A DNA stretch of 64,000 nucleotides from IMG/VR virus record IMGVR_UViG_3300014205_000006, positions 37,278 to 101,277 of that record. One strand, given 5' to 3'. Both the position numbers and the translations under genes were made by a program. The DNA is from a virus (taxonomy: Duplodnaviria; Caudoviricetes). A model generated the notes under the pieces. The model saw only the letters and a list, made by a program, of their open reading frames with translations. It did not search any database and was not told the origin of the DNA. Every line of letters starts with the position of its first letter. Position 1 is the stretch's first letter. Below are positions 20,701 through 32,144 of the stretch, in pieces.

Positions 20701-22609
20701 ACAACCGTTGCTCTTGCCCCGGTCATCGCTTCCCCGGCGTGCACCACGTGCGTGCTTGTTGCGACAGACCGCACGTGAAGGGTGACGGCCCGGTTGTCGG
20801 CATCGCACCGCTCCACAAGTGCTACTATGCCTCGTGTCGGGAGTGCGGCCCCTATTGCACGTCGTGCGGGAGCAAGCCGCCCGAGGATTTGCCGTTGACG
20901 TTCACCGTGTCGTTGTACGAGCATGTCGAGCACATCGAGAGGTTGCGCCGTGGGACACCCTGAGCATTGGCCGACGCACCGAGCGTGCGAGGAATGCTGG
21001 CAGCGTTCGTTCGGCACTCGCCCGGCGCGCGTCCCCTTCGAGTTGGGGACGTGCTGCGCATGCGGGGCGACGATGCGCAACCTCGACATCGAGGTCAACC
21101 TCAGGCCGGGGACGGCCAAGTGCGGGAGCCGCTGATGACAGCACGTGAGAGGGCGCTTGAGGCGGCGGCACAGAGGGTGCAGGACATCGTGCCGCGTCAC
21201 CCGTTGCCGTGGGATGTGAAGTACGCCCTCGCCCTCGCCCTGATCATCGAGCCGAACCGCTGCACCGAGTGCAAGCGTGACCTGCCGCTGATGAAGTGCG
21301 TCTGTGGAGGCAAGTGATGGCAGACCCGTTGGACATCGAGGTCGAGGCCGCCATCGCGAGGTTGACCATCTCTCGTGTCATCCTCCATCTCATCGCTCCG
21401 TACGGCACGTTCCAGAGCGTGCCGACGCGAGTGCTCAGCGCGATGCGTGAGATAATGTTCGCGTTCTACGCAGATACTGACCAAGAGTTGAAGCGCCGCG
21501 AGGTCGCGGCAGCAGCCGAGGGGGAGCGCCATGGAGAATGACACGCTCCAGTGTCAACGGTGCACGTATTGCTGGGTGCCGAGCAAGGGCGCTCGCCCCA
21601 TGACGCCGGACGGTCGCCCGGTCGCTTGCCCTCAGTGCAAGTCGCGCCAGTGGCGGACGCCGCGTGAGGGCGTCGCCGAGTTGCGGGCGGAGGTCGCGGC
21701 CCTCACAGAGGCGTTGAGGGTGGCGGGCGAGGAACTTGCCGCCGAGACGGCGCGCGCCAACGATTGGGAGACCAAGTACACCCTGTTGAACGAGGTGCGC
21801 AACCTGCTCAACGAGGAGTTGTTTGCGCTGAAGGGGATTGCCCCTCAAGAGATGGTTGACGTCACGACCCTCGCCGACAAGCAGCGCGTCGTCATGCGCA
21901 AGTTCAAGCCCGAGACGCAAGAGGCGATGGGCATCGCTCCCGCGCCGCTCACGCCGAAGGATGCCGCCATCGCCGTCCTCATCGAACAGGGCATCCCGCA
22001 GAGCATCATCGATGATGCGGCGCTGCACATCGAGATGGAGTATGCCGACAAGCATCCGCCCGGCGCTGTAATCCCTTGGGAGACGGCGTTGCCGGAGCGC
22101 GTCACAACGGTGATGTCGAAGGGCGCGAGATGATGGGCAATTGCTCGATGTGCGAGAGGGGCTCGTGCTTCGGTTGTACCGGCGGCGGTTGCCTCTGTCT
22201 TCACAGCATGCCTCGGTTGGACGGGCGCATTTACCGTGAGCGCGAGATGTCTTGGGGCGAGCGCAACAACCTTGAGGCGGCGCTGAAGAACGCCTTGCTG
22301 GAGCGCGACATGTGGAGGGAGCGCTTCGGATACGAGCAGGCGCAGAACAAGCACCTCGCCGCCGAACTCGACAAGTTGAAGAGGCAAGGCCTCGACGGCA
22401 GCAGCAACGCCACCGGCGTCGCTCTGAAGGCCGACATGACGGTTCCGCCCGAGCCGCTGGTGAAGGAACTCCTCGCCGATGGGGTGCCGCAGAGCATCCT
22501 CGATGAGGTTGTGAAGAGGCTGGTCGCGCAAGGGGCCTTCCACACCGTCACCGGGTGGGAAGTGCACATGCGCCGGGAGGTCGTGGCCCTGATGACGGGC
22601 GTCGCATGA
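17703..22609 (+). other. array of about 18 small, translationally coupled hypothetical ORFs, many Cys/His-rich
   Basis: Consecutive ATGA/TGATG overlaps (e.g. 17703, 18497, 18850, 20005, 21531, 22130). Confidence 0.6.
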
Positions 22610-22613
22610 GCGT

Positions 22614-22687
22614 TGGGGCGTCGTCTAACGGTAGGACGGCAGACTTTGAATCTGCTTGTGTAGGTTCGACTCCTACCGCCCCAGCCA
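22614..22687 (+). tRNA. tRNA-Gln (UUG) with encoded CCA
   Basis: TGGGGCG/CGCCCCA acceptor, GCAGA-CTTTGAA-TCTGC anticodon arm, GTAGG-TTCGACT-CCTAC T-arm, 3' GCCA. Confidence 0.93.
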
Positions 22688-22740
22688 GTCATCCCAATTG
22701 CCGGTGCAGCATCTACATGGTTCGGTCGAGGGGGCGCGGT

Positions 22741-23455
22741 ATGAATGTGACGATGGCAGCGCTGGTGAAGGCGGCGGGGTGCCTGCCCGAGTGCGGTGCG
22801 TCGGTCGAGTTTGACGGAGCCTCGCGCATGATGCGCGTGAAGCACAACGACCCGTTCACGCCCGGCGACGTGTTCGACCTTGAGGTGGCGCAGTCGGCGC
22901 TCGCCGCCGACCCGCAACTCATCACGAAGATGCTCAAGGCATTCCACGCGGAGCCCGGATATGACGAGGCCTAGTCACATCACTTGGCCATTCGACAGGA
23001 CTGTACGGACGGCGGGCTGCGTATTCGCATGCGGCGTGGACATCCGGTACGTAGGGCCGGGCATCTCATTCACGCCAGGGCTCGTCGTCCGTCACAACAA
23101 CCTCTTTCAACCCGGCGACGTGTTCGAGATGCGCATCCAGGTGCGGGACGGGATTCACGACGGCAACGTCGAGCGCATCGTGTTCGACCTCTTGGCGGCG
23201 CTTCACATCGACCCCTGCCTTCAAGGTGAAGAGGTCGAGGTTGGCGACGATTTGAAGATTGACTTGGGCCTCACGGATGTGAGTAAGGCCTATCTCAACG
23301 AGATGGTTCAATTGCCGCCCATCGACCCCGGCTTGATAGACAGCATGCGCGCGACCGGCTCCGGCATGAACATCTTCGCTGTCAGGGCGGACTCCGCAGG
23401 TGCGTCTCTGTCGCTTGATGACATACGCCGGGCGATGGACGCTCTCAACCGCTAG
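22741..23455 (+). CDS. two tandem paralogous hypothetical ORFs (22741-22974, 22961-23455)
   Basis: Both contain V..AGC...CG...V.HN..F.PGDVF. Confidence 0.6.
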
Positions 23456-23490
23456 TCCCGTCTCCATGACTTCGCCGCTAGACTCGAAGT

Positions 23491-23943
23491 ATGGACGCAT
23501 CGCGCCTCGACCTCGCACGCTTCGCTCACGACATGGATGGCCTCGCCGCCATCAAGTTCCACGGCGACCACGACCAAGAGGATCACGGCAACCGGGCAGG
23601 CACGGCGACGGCGGAACGCTCCGCGCCGGGCCACCGTAAGCAGCCCCCTGATCGCGCTGAGCACCGCCCGAAGCAGAGGCGGCCAGTGCTGGAGAAGTCG
23701 GCAGGGCCGCGCGTCGGATACGAGGCATTCGGACAACCCAAGGTCGGCTTCCCCAAGATTGAAGTCGTGTGGGATGGCGATGAGGAAGATGAGAGGGACG
23801 AGGCCGGGCCTCGTTTCAAGATCAACCCCAAGCCGCCCGAGACTGAGGTGGACACCGAGCACCCCGGCCTGATCAAGCGCGCCCGCGCCGCCATCGGTCT
23901 CAACGAGGGCGACTGGCCGACCTATGCCCCTCAGCCGCGCTGA
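23491..23943 (+). CDS. FH-HDQ-tagged hypothetical protein
   Basis: AIKFHGDHDQEDHGN; directly upstream of terL. Confidence 0.65.
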   Translation: MDASRLDLARFAHDMDGLAAIKFHGDHDQEDHGNRAGTATAERSAPGHRKQPPDRAEHRPKQRRPVLEKSAGPRVGYEAFGQPKVGFPKIEVVWDGDEEDERDEAGPRFKINPKPPETEVDTEHPGLIKRARAAIGLNEGDWPTYAPQPR

Positions 23944-25564
23944 GCAACTTCACGCCCTGAAGGTCGAACGTGCCCGCCGCCCCGATGGGGCTGCCACTTT
24001 CGCTGAATTGATGCTCCGAGACCATCAAACGATGGCTCCGATCCACAATGCCGACATCCACCGCGAGTGGCACGACGCTGCGAACAACCACAAGTTCACG
24101 GTGATCGAGGCTCCGCGTGACCACGGCAAGACGGAGCAGATGGCGATTGCCCGCCCGATTTGGGAGTTGGGCATGAACCCGGAGTTGCGGATCAAGATCA
24201 TCGGCAACAACGATGAGAAGGCAGCTGAGCGCGTCCGCTCCATCCGCGAGAACATCGACAACAATGAAGCCGTCCACGAGGTGTTCCCTCACCTCAAGCC
24301 CAAGCGCGGACGCGAGTGGAACGACCACAAGATCACCGTGGAGCGCCGCTCCCTCTCGAAAGACCCGAGCATCGAGGCCAAGGGCATCCTCGCCGGTACG
24401 GTCGGTGGGCGCGGCGACCTTGAGTTGTTCGACGACCCGATTGACCTGCGCAACACCATCCTCAACCCGGCCTTCCGTCAACAGATCATCGACACCTTCG
24501 ACAACACGTGGCGGAACCTGCTGGAGCCGGACGGTCGCATCCAAGCGATCATGACGCCGTGGCACACGGCTGACCTCCTGAATCACATGAAGCGCCAGTC
24601 GGACTTCTTTGTGGTGACCCACAAGATCAACCTCGACATCGGCGATGAGATTCGCAGCGAGGTCACCGACACGCACATCATCCGTGAGGGCATCCTCTGG
24701 CCGCAGCACTGGCCGCGCGAGGCGCTGGAGGAACGTCGCCGGGCGAGCGTCCGAGCGTTCCAGCGCGGCTACGAGTTGCGCCCCATCTCTGATGAAGAGG
24801 TGATGTTCGGCAAGCAGATCATCCAGCACGCCATCCGCAATGACCTCCGGTGGCCCGTCGTGCACGTCCCGCACCGCCCCGTCTTCACAGGCGTTGACCT
24901 CGCCGCGAGCCTCGGCGGGAAGGGCGCGTTCACTGTCGTCTTCACGGCTGAGGTTGATGAGCGCGGGACGCGCATCCCCATCGACATCCGCCGGGCTCGG
25001 CAGCCGTTCCCGGTGACGATCAATGACATCCGTCAGACGTGGGACATCTACAAGCCCATGCTGATCGGCGTCGAGTCCAATGCGTATCAGGCGAGCGTCG
25101 TTCAACAGCTGGCGGAGTATGCCGCTCACATCCCCGTGGTGGGCCTCGCGACCGGCACGAACAAGATGGACTTGGACTTCGGCCTTCCCTCGATGCACCA
25201 GCAGTTCGTCAACGGCGGTTGGGCCATCCCCGCCGCCGATCACGCAGACGGCTGCGAGTGCCCGCGCTGCGCGTGGGTCGAGGAGTTGGAGTCATACCCG
25301 GCGAGCGCCTACAGCGACACTCTGATGGCGATGTGGATGTGCGAGCAGGTCGTGCGCAAGGGCTATGCGGGCGTGGACGAAGGCGCAGAGCGCCTGTTGG
25401 CGCTGACTCAGACCAGTCGCTTCCTCGACAAGTGGGGAGCGTCAGAGGGCGAGTCGCGCCGCGACTGGTCGCCGCCGGGCATGACGAGCGAGCCTCTGGC
25501 CGCGCCGGGCGTGAGCATCGTGTCGTCTGCCGACAGACCGTCAAGGTGGCGCGGAGCCGGTTGA
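23924..25564 (+). CDS. terL: terminase large subunit
   Basis: Walker A APRDHGKT, Walker B LFDDP, MTPWH, nuclease GVDLA, VESNAYQ, SDTLMA. Confidence 0.92.
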   Translation: MPLSRAEQLHALKVERARRPDGAATFAELMLRDHQTMAPIHNADIHREWHDAANNHKFTVIEAPRDHGKTEQMAIARPIWELGMNPELRIKIIGNNDEKAAERVRSIRENIDNNEAVHEVFPHLKPKRGREWNDHKITVERRSLSKDPSIEAKGILAGTVGGRGDLELFDDPIDLRNTILNPAFRQQIIDTFDNTWRNLLEPDGRIQAIMTPWHTADLLNHMKRQSDFFVVTHKINLDIGDEIRSEVTDTHIIREGILWPQHWPREALEERRRASVRAFQRGYELRPISDEEVMFGKQIIQHAIRNDLRWPVVHVPHRPVFTGVDLAASLGGKGAFTVVFTAEVDERGTRIPIDIRRARQPFPVTINDIRQTWDIYKPMLIGVESNAYQASVVQQLAEYAAHIPVVGLATGTNKMDLDFGLPSMHQQFVNGGWAIPAADHADGCECPRCAWVEELESYPASAYSDTLMAMWMCEQVVRKGYAGVDEGAERLLALTQTSRFLDKWGASEGESRRDWSPPGMTSEPLAAPGVSIVSSADRPSRWRGAG

Positions 25565-25570
25565 CGAGCC

Positions 25571-25595
25571 CTCCCAAGAGTCGCGCCGGTAGGCT
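25571..25595 (+). promoter_or_regulatory. putative late-promoter motif CTCCCAAGAGTC..CGCCGG-TAG[AG]CT
   Basis: Near-identical copy at 38778-38801; related TAGACT/TAGCCT boxes at 23479, 42916 and about 49469, all intergenic and upstream of virion-region genes. Confidence 0.55.
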
Positions 25596-25630
25596 AGGTA
25601 TGAACACTCTCATCCACGGAGGCCTAGCAC

Positions 25631-27295
25631 ATGGCGACCGGCGACGACAACGGCGCGAGCCCTTCCCTCACAGGTGGCCTTCCGGCGGTAGCGGACGCGG
25701 AGCGCGACACCGTCAGCCTCTCTGAGGTCGGCACCTCCGGCCTTCGGCGCTATGGCGGCATCATCCAAGAGGAGTTCCTGCCTGAACTCCGGGGCCTGCG
25801 TGGCGTCCGCGTCTTCCAAGAGATGCGCTGGAATGACCCCACTGTCGGCGGCATGATCCGCGCCACCAAGGACGCGATCCACTCTGTGAAGTGGGACGTG
25901 GAGGCAGACGGCGAGGAGGCAGTCGACAACGAGGCTGAAATCTTCCTCCGTCAGTGTATGGACGACATGTCCCACTCGTGGTGGGATATGGTCAATGAAG
26001 CGCTCTCCATGATCGCCTTCGGCTGGGCGTACCACGAGGTGGTCTACAAGGTTCGGCAGGGGCATAACCCGAGCGGCACTGACGCGTGGGGCCAGCCGCT
26101 TCCCAAGTCCAAGTTCGATGACCGTCGCATCGGTTGGCGCAAGATTGCCCTGCGCGGGCAAGAGACGCTCTACCGCTGGGACATCGACAACACTGGCGGC
26201 ATCCGGGCGATGCTCCAGTTTGACCCGGTCGCGGGCGGCGGCATCCGCACCATCCCTATTGAGCAGGCCCTCCTGTTCCGCACCGACCGTGAAAAGAACA
26301 ATCCCGAGGGCGTGTCGATGCTCCGGTGGGCGTACCGCCCTTGGTACTTCAAGAAGCAGTTGGAGGAGATTGAGGCCATCGGCATCGAGCGCGACTTGGT
26401 GGGCATGCCCGTCATGACGCTGCCTCAGGGCGCGACCGTCTCTGACCGCAACATCGCCCTCGACATGCTCCAGAAGTTGAAGAGTGACGAGTCCACCGGC
26501 CTCGTGCTCGTGCGCGGCATCGATGAGCGCCACGACTGGACATTCGGCCTGACGCAGTCGTCCGGCGCTCGGACGGTCAACACGCACCAGAGCATCGACC
26601 GCTACTCGGGCGAGATTGCGCTGGCGTTCCTCGCGCAGTTCCTCCGGCTCGGCGCGGCGGGCGGCGGCTCGTATGCCCTGAGCCGTGACCAAAAGGATTT
26701 CTTCTACCTCAGCATCACGTCCATCCTCGACTCCATCGAGGAGGTCATCAACAACTACCTCGTGGTCAAGTTGTTCGAGTTCAACGAGGTCGCCTTCAAG
26801 GGGCTCAAGAACCCGCCGAAGATCAAGCACGGCAAGGTCGGCCAGCGTGAGATGGTCAACTTCGTCAACGCGATCAAGTCGCTCGCCGACGCCGGGCTGC
26901 TCGGCCCGGTGGACTCTGACCTGCTCCAGTTCTTCCGCACGACCCTCGACCTGCCTGAGATCAGCGCCGATGAGATTGACGCGATGGACAAGGCGCGCGA
27001 GGAGCAGGGCCCCGCGCCGATGACGCCGGGCATCTCCCCGACCGCTGCGCTCCAAGCGGAGACTGCCGCTAAGGTCGCAGAGACCAAGCCGGACGGCCCC
27101 ATCAAGGAGACGGACAAGCACCCTGATTCGCCGCGCGAGCCGGGCGACGGGAACAACGGTCAAGCGGCGTCCGGCGGCGCGAAGGGCGACCAGCCGAGCG
27201 GCGACGGCAGCGGTCACGCCGGGAGCGGCGACCGCAAGATGGCAGAGCCCGTCGCCGCCGGAGGCATCCTGCGCAAGTGGCTCGCCCCGCGCTGA
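25631..27295 (+). CDS. portal protein (DUF935/Mu gp29-like)
   Basis: EEFLPELRG, FGWAYHEVVY, NNPEGVSMLR, IGIERDL.G.P, GSYALS; follows terL. Confidence 0.88.
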   Translation: MATGDDNGASPSLTGGLPAVADAERDTVSLSEVGTSGLRRYGGIIQEEFLPELRGLRGVRVFQEMRWNDPTVGGMIRATKDAIHSVKWDVEADGEEAVDNEAEIFLRQCMDDMSHSWWDMVNEALSMIAFGWAYHEVVYKVRQGHNPSGTDAWGQPLPKSKFDDRRIGWRKIALRGQETLYRWDIDNTGGIRAMLQFDPVAGGGIRTIPIEQALLFRTDREKNNPEGVSMLRWAYRPWYFKKQLEEIEAIGIERDLVGMPVMTLPQGATVSDRNIALDMLQKLKSDESTGLVLVRGIDERHDWTFGLTQSSGARTVNTHQSIDRYSGEIALAFLAQFLRLGAAGGGSYALSRDQKDFFYLSITSILDSIEEVINNYLVVKLFEFNEVAFKGLKNPPKIKHGKVGQREMVNFVNAIKSLADAGLLGPVDSDLLQFFRTTLDLPEISADEIDAMDKAREEQGPAPMTPGISPTAALQAETAAKVAETKPDGPIKETDKHPDSPREPGDGNNGQAASGGAKGDQPSGDGSGHAGSGDRKMAEPVAAGGILRKWLAPR

Positions 27296-27514
27296 TGAAG
27301 CACGAACCTGCCGCCATCCTCGCGCGTCCTGACGGGTCGATCATGGTGCGCTGCACCTGTGGGGAGATTGGCGGCGGTGCGAAGGGCCTCTGGACATTCG
27401 AGTTCAAAGATGGCATGGTGCAGACTACGCCCTCCATCGACATGAGAGGGTGCTTCCACACTCCGAACCCTTCCGGGTGGTGGCCGTCCGTCGCGACTTG
27501 GGATGAGTTGGTAG

Positions 27515-28360
27515 ATGGCGCGAGTTGAGACCCCGTACAAGTTGGCGCACCGCCCGGAGCGGCTGAGCACGCAGTTCGCGCGCTCGTATTCCGGGCCTGT
27601 CCGGACGGCGATTCTCGACCACCAGGCAAGCATCGCTGCTGGCTTGAGAGCGTATCTCCGGAAACTGGGTAGCAAAGTGGCGGAGCATGGCGCGACGCCA
27701 CTCTCGGCACGTTCTATCATCGAGGCCCCGGAGACGGTCGAGGCGTTGCGGTTGTTCCTCACCGGCTCGCTCATCCCGCTCTACACGCTGGGACACGCCG
27801 AGGCGATGACCGGCCCGCGTCGGTTCGCGGAGCCGACGCCCGCCGAGATTCTCGCAGGGACGGCGAATCTACCGCCCGAGTTGACGCGCCGGTTCAGCCC
27901 GCTCGTGCTCAGCCGCATGACGCCCCTCCAGTTGCGGGCGCTCGCCGCGTTGTACGCGGACTTCGGCCCCATCAGCGCGGGCGTCGCGGCGGGCGTGAGC
28001 GACGGCGTGGCGGCGATCATCGGCAACGGCATCGCCGAGGGCTGGAGCCGGGCTCGCATGACGCGGGCGATCCAGACCGCGTTCTACAACATCAGCGAGG
28101 TCAGCGCCCGGCGCATCGCTCAGACCGAGACCATCCGGGCGACGGCGCAGGGCCGCGTCGAGGCGCTCCGCGGCAACCCTCTCACGCGCTGGAAGGAGTG
28201 GCAAGCCGCTCCGGACGCATGCGAGGATTGCGAGGCGATGGGCGGACAGGTCGTGGAGGTTGATGAGCCGTTCGTCTCGCCGAGCGGCGAGGAGTTCGAC
28301 ACGCCGCCCTTCCACCCGAACTGCCGATGTGGAGTCACAGGAAGTGTCGAGGGCCCCTGA
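27515..28360 (+). CDS. MuF/SPP1 gp7-like minor head protein (short form, no toxin extension)
   Basis: ARRIAQTE, KEW, CEDC, PPFHPNCRC. Confidence 0.88.
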   Translation: MARVETPYKLAHRPERLSTQFARSYSGPVRTAILDHQASIAAGLRAYLRKLGSKVAEHGATPLSARSIIEAPETVEALRLFLTGSLIPLYTLGHAEAMTGPRRFAEPTPAEILAGTANLPPELTRRFSPLVLSRMTPLQLRALAALYADFGPISAGVAAGVSDGVAAIIGNGIAEGWSRARMTRAIQTAFYNISEVSARRIAQTETIRATAQGRVEALRGNPLTRWKEWQAAPDACEDCEAMGGQVVEVDEPFVSPSGEEFDTPPFHPNCRCGVTGSVEGP

Positions 28361-28821
28361 TGGACGTGACGGCGAATCTGGATGTGCCCGCTTGGATCGA
28401 GGCGCTGCTTGACCCGGCCATGGCCGCCGAGGGTCTTGCCCTGCTGATGGATGCGGTCGGCACGGAGGTCGTGAAGGACATCGTGGAGCACACGCCGAGG
28501 CGCACCGGCTTCCTCGCCGGGGAGTGGTCGCACACGATGGACGGCATGGACGTCGTCATCCGCAACCCGACCGAGTATGCCGCATACGTCGAGGAGGACA
28601 CGAAGGCGCACGAGATTGCGGCGAGCGCCGCTCTCATCCTGCGCTGGTACGGGGCGACCACCGTGAGCGGCGTCGGCATCGAGGGCACGCAGCAGTTCGC
28701 CAAGAAGGTGCAGCACCCCGGCACCACCGGTCAACGGATGGTGCAGGGCGCGCTAGACCGGCTCCAAGAGCACTGCGACACGGCGAGTGCGGCCCTGATG
28801 CGACACTACGGCTTGGCCTGA
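28360..28821 (+). CDS. HK97 gp10-like virion morphogenesis protein
   Basis: TPRRTGFL...EYAAYVE..T.AH.I...KVQHPGT. Confidence 0.75.
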   Translation: MDVTANLDVPAWIEALLDPAMAAEGLALLMDAVGTEVVKDIVEHTPRRTGFLAGEWSHTMDGMDVVIRNPTEYAAYVEEDTKAHEIAASAALILRWYGATTVSGVGIEGTQQFAKKVQHPGTTGQRMVQGALDRLQEHCDTASAALMRHYGLA

Positions 28822-31800
28822 TCTGCAAACGGCGGGTCGCTGTCTCCCTCTACAAGGAGGGCAGCAGGGCCACGGCACTCGTCACAGGAACGACCGACAC
28901 CGTGATCGCAGGGCTCTACAGGGAGGGCAGGGGCGGGCTCCCAATAGGCGTCATGCGAGCCGGGAGTGCGGTTCGGGCACAGCCCGCCGTCTACGGGCGC
29001 GTACTCGCTGAACTTCGCGAGTTGGAACCCGCAGACCTTGCACCGATACCACGTCGGCGCGGGCGGTTCAGGGAGGGCAGGAGAGGCCGATGGGAGCAGG
29101 TCGCCGAGGGCGCGCATGGCGTCGGCGAGGCTCGTGTGCTGCGCGACTCTGAACCATCCGTTGCTCGCGGACACTTCGAGGACTCCGGGGCCGCGCTCGT
29201 TGATGCGGCCAAGCGGCTGCCCGCCGCGCTGGACGATCCAGATGCGCATCGAACCGTGCTTCGTCTCCTCGGCGATCAGGTCGCCGTTCTGCGTGATCTT
29301 CCCGTGTGGCAGGTCAGGGACGGTCATCGGGATTTCTCCATTCTCCGAACGGCCTCATGACAGTAGTCTGCGGACGGGTGGCCGTCATGAGCGAGATGCT
29401 CTGTCCATTCGAGTCTGCGGATGGTGTCGCCGCAGTTGGCGCAGAACCCGGCGCTGATCCATCGCGGCTCGCGGTACACCCATTGCTCACGACAGAACAG
29501 ACGGTACGCGCCGAACGCTATGAGCAGGAGCCCTGACGGGATGATCGTCGCGACCGCCATCGGGTCGATGGTCGTCCCGTAGGCGAGGTGCGAGTACAGG
29601 GCGGTTGCCGATACGCCGAGCATGCCGAAGCCGTACACGAACAGCGCCATGCTCCACGGCGGGCCGTATCTCCGGATGGTCACTCGGGACGGAGCGTTGA
29701 GTCCGCGCGGGCGATTTTGATTGACCATTTGGGGCCGTCCTTGCTGCTGTGGCCGCGCTTCCGACCGATTGGCTTGACCTGGATGCTCGTCGGCGTGACG
29801 CGTAGCACGACCACCCGGTTGTCCTCTGTCACGTGGAGCCCGACGCGCTTGACGAGCACCTGTCCGACTCGGTAGGCGGTCATGGATTTGCCCGAGCGGC
29901 GAGGATGCGCCGTTCCAGTTCATCGCACGCGTCGATGAAGAACCGAGCCTCAGCGTACTTGTCGAGGGTCGTGGAGTTGAGTTGCGGGCGCTTCTCCTCG
30001 CGGAGGGCCCGGATGATCTCAAGCGCGTCAGGCATGGGCGGCCTCCGGCACGTAGCCAACCGCGCCCTCCACGAGGTAGTACGGCATCCCGCCGGGGAGC
30101 GCGCTCCACATCGAGCGGTCGAACATCGACTTGGCGAGCCCGAGGGCGACGCCGAGCGTGAACAACTTCTCCATGCTGGGGTGCTCGCCCCACTGCGGCC
30201 CGCGCCCGTCCGTGTCGAACGGGGCGCACTCGGCTGCCATGAGGAATGACCACCCGCCCGCGAAGTTCGGGTGTAGCATCGACAGCCACTCGGCGACCTC
30301 CGCGCGGTGCCCCTCCAACCGCTCGGCGTGGAAGGCGTACTGCGCGACGATGCCGTCGGCGACGACACCATCCATGCGAGCGCCGTTGCGCATCGCTGTG
30401 GCCTCGGCATCGGTGAACAGGCAGTCCTTGAACACCTCGCCGAGGGCGGTTGCATCGATCATGACGTTGCTCCTTCAGGCGGCGAGCCCGGCGGGCACGC
30501 CTCATGCTTTGCGTTCAGGTACTCGATGTACTTGAGGAAGGCATCGATGCTCACCGGGGCTGGCGATGGCTCGTCCACGCCGCAGCGGTTGCAGTGCGCG
30601 AACGGGAGCCGGAGCACGAGCCACGGCGCTTCGGGCGAGGCGACGATGCCATCGATGCGCATCCCGCTGAGTTGCCCGCCAGCGTCATACAGACCCGCCT
30701 CTGTGAGGACTTCCAACACGGCGTCCTCGGCGGAGGCGGGCGTCCATGGCGAGTTCGGCTCCATCTCGAACTTCACGACCACTTGCATCAGATTGCCCCT
30801 TCGGATTCATCGATGGCGCTCCGGAGGGCGACGGCGACCCGCTTCAGTCGGTCGATGTGCCGTCGCGGCGAGCCGTTCTCAGCGGCGGCGAGCGTCGCGT
30901 TCACGATGACCGTCAGAGCCGCCTCTGCGTCCTCGCGGTCGATGACGGCAGTCACGTTCGTCACAGGGCCCTCCACCACTCGTTGTGCCACTGCGGGTTG
31001 GCGCGACCGTAGGAGTAGGCCCACCACAGCCAGCCGAAGCCCCAACCGTACTGAGCCCACTTGCGCTCGGGTTCGATGCGGAACCAGCGTGGCTTCCAGA
31101 AGATGGGCGGGCCCCATGCCAACTTCCCGGCAGAGCGCTTCTCATGGTTGAGCGGGAATGTGACCTCGCCCTTCCAGAGGAGGCTCCACGACGGGTAGAT
31201 GTCCAGCCCCTTCAGCGCGCCGATGGTGACGGGGAACTTGATCTGCTTCACAGCGGTCGCCGTTCCTGATCGCCGCACCGGGCGCAGTCGCGGTAGGCAT
31301 CGGGGTCGCCTCGCAGCCACATGTCGCCGGGGCTCCACAACACCCAGCCGCTCCAAGCGTGCAGCCCGAAGGCGCAGCGGAGCGACTCGACGCCGAGGAG
31401 CGTCCTGATGCGGTCGAGCATCAGCACACCTCGCAGTTCTCATCGGTGCAGGGCGACCATGGATGGCGCCCCACGGTGAAGTACAGTCCGCCGTACGCGC
31501 CCTTGTGGACCAGCGCGTCCTCAGGCTCGCCGCAGACCTCGCCCGATGGCAGGACGGCGGTGCACAGCCCGTTGCTCGCCATGCTTATGCCTCCACCAGA
31601 ATCCCCGGCGCGCCCGGCGCGGGCCGGTACCAGATGCCGGTGATCTCAGAGCCACTTCCCTGCGGCCCTACGCGCTCGGCGTTGCTGCGGTGGTACTCGC
31701 CGTCAGGCATGCGCAGGGACGGCGGCCACGTGTCGCCCCAGCCGAGGTAGGCGCGCTTGGTCGGCGGCAGGTCAACCCCTGCGTCCAGAGCGCGGGCCCG

Positions 31801-32060
31801 GCCCTCGTACTCCACGTCCATGTCGCGGGCCTCGTTGGCCGTCATGGCTACATCGTCTCCATCACGTACAGGTCGTGGACCTGCACCGAGCGGTTGCGCT
31901 TCAGCCACGTCTGGCCGATGGCCTCGATCAGGTCGCCCTTGACGTAGGTCACGGCGGTGATCTCGGCGTACTGGGCCAGCGCCTCCGCGCGGGCGGCGAC
32001 GGTCGCCGCCTCGGTCAGTACAGTCGTCCCGGTCGTGGTCGCGGTCGTCATCCTGTCCAT
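28806..32060 (-). other. leftward array of small early/accessory ORFs (e.g. 28806-29327, membrane protein 29324-29683, 30028-30462, 30459-30788)
   Basis: Coupled minus-strand ORFs downstream of the VWA gene; one has two hydrophobic helices. Confidence 0.6.
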
Positions 32061-32144
32061 CCCCTCCTGCGCCCTCGCGGGCCCGTCCAACGAGTCAATT
32101 ATACCTCGTATCTCGTTGAAACGGGCCATCGTGCGGGGAGAATC

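Noticed and set aside
22614-22687. tRNA-Gln as prophage att site or host boundary
   Set aside because: Phage-type genes continue on both sides; no integrase or duplicated tRNA 3' end was seen.
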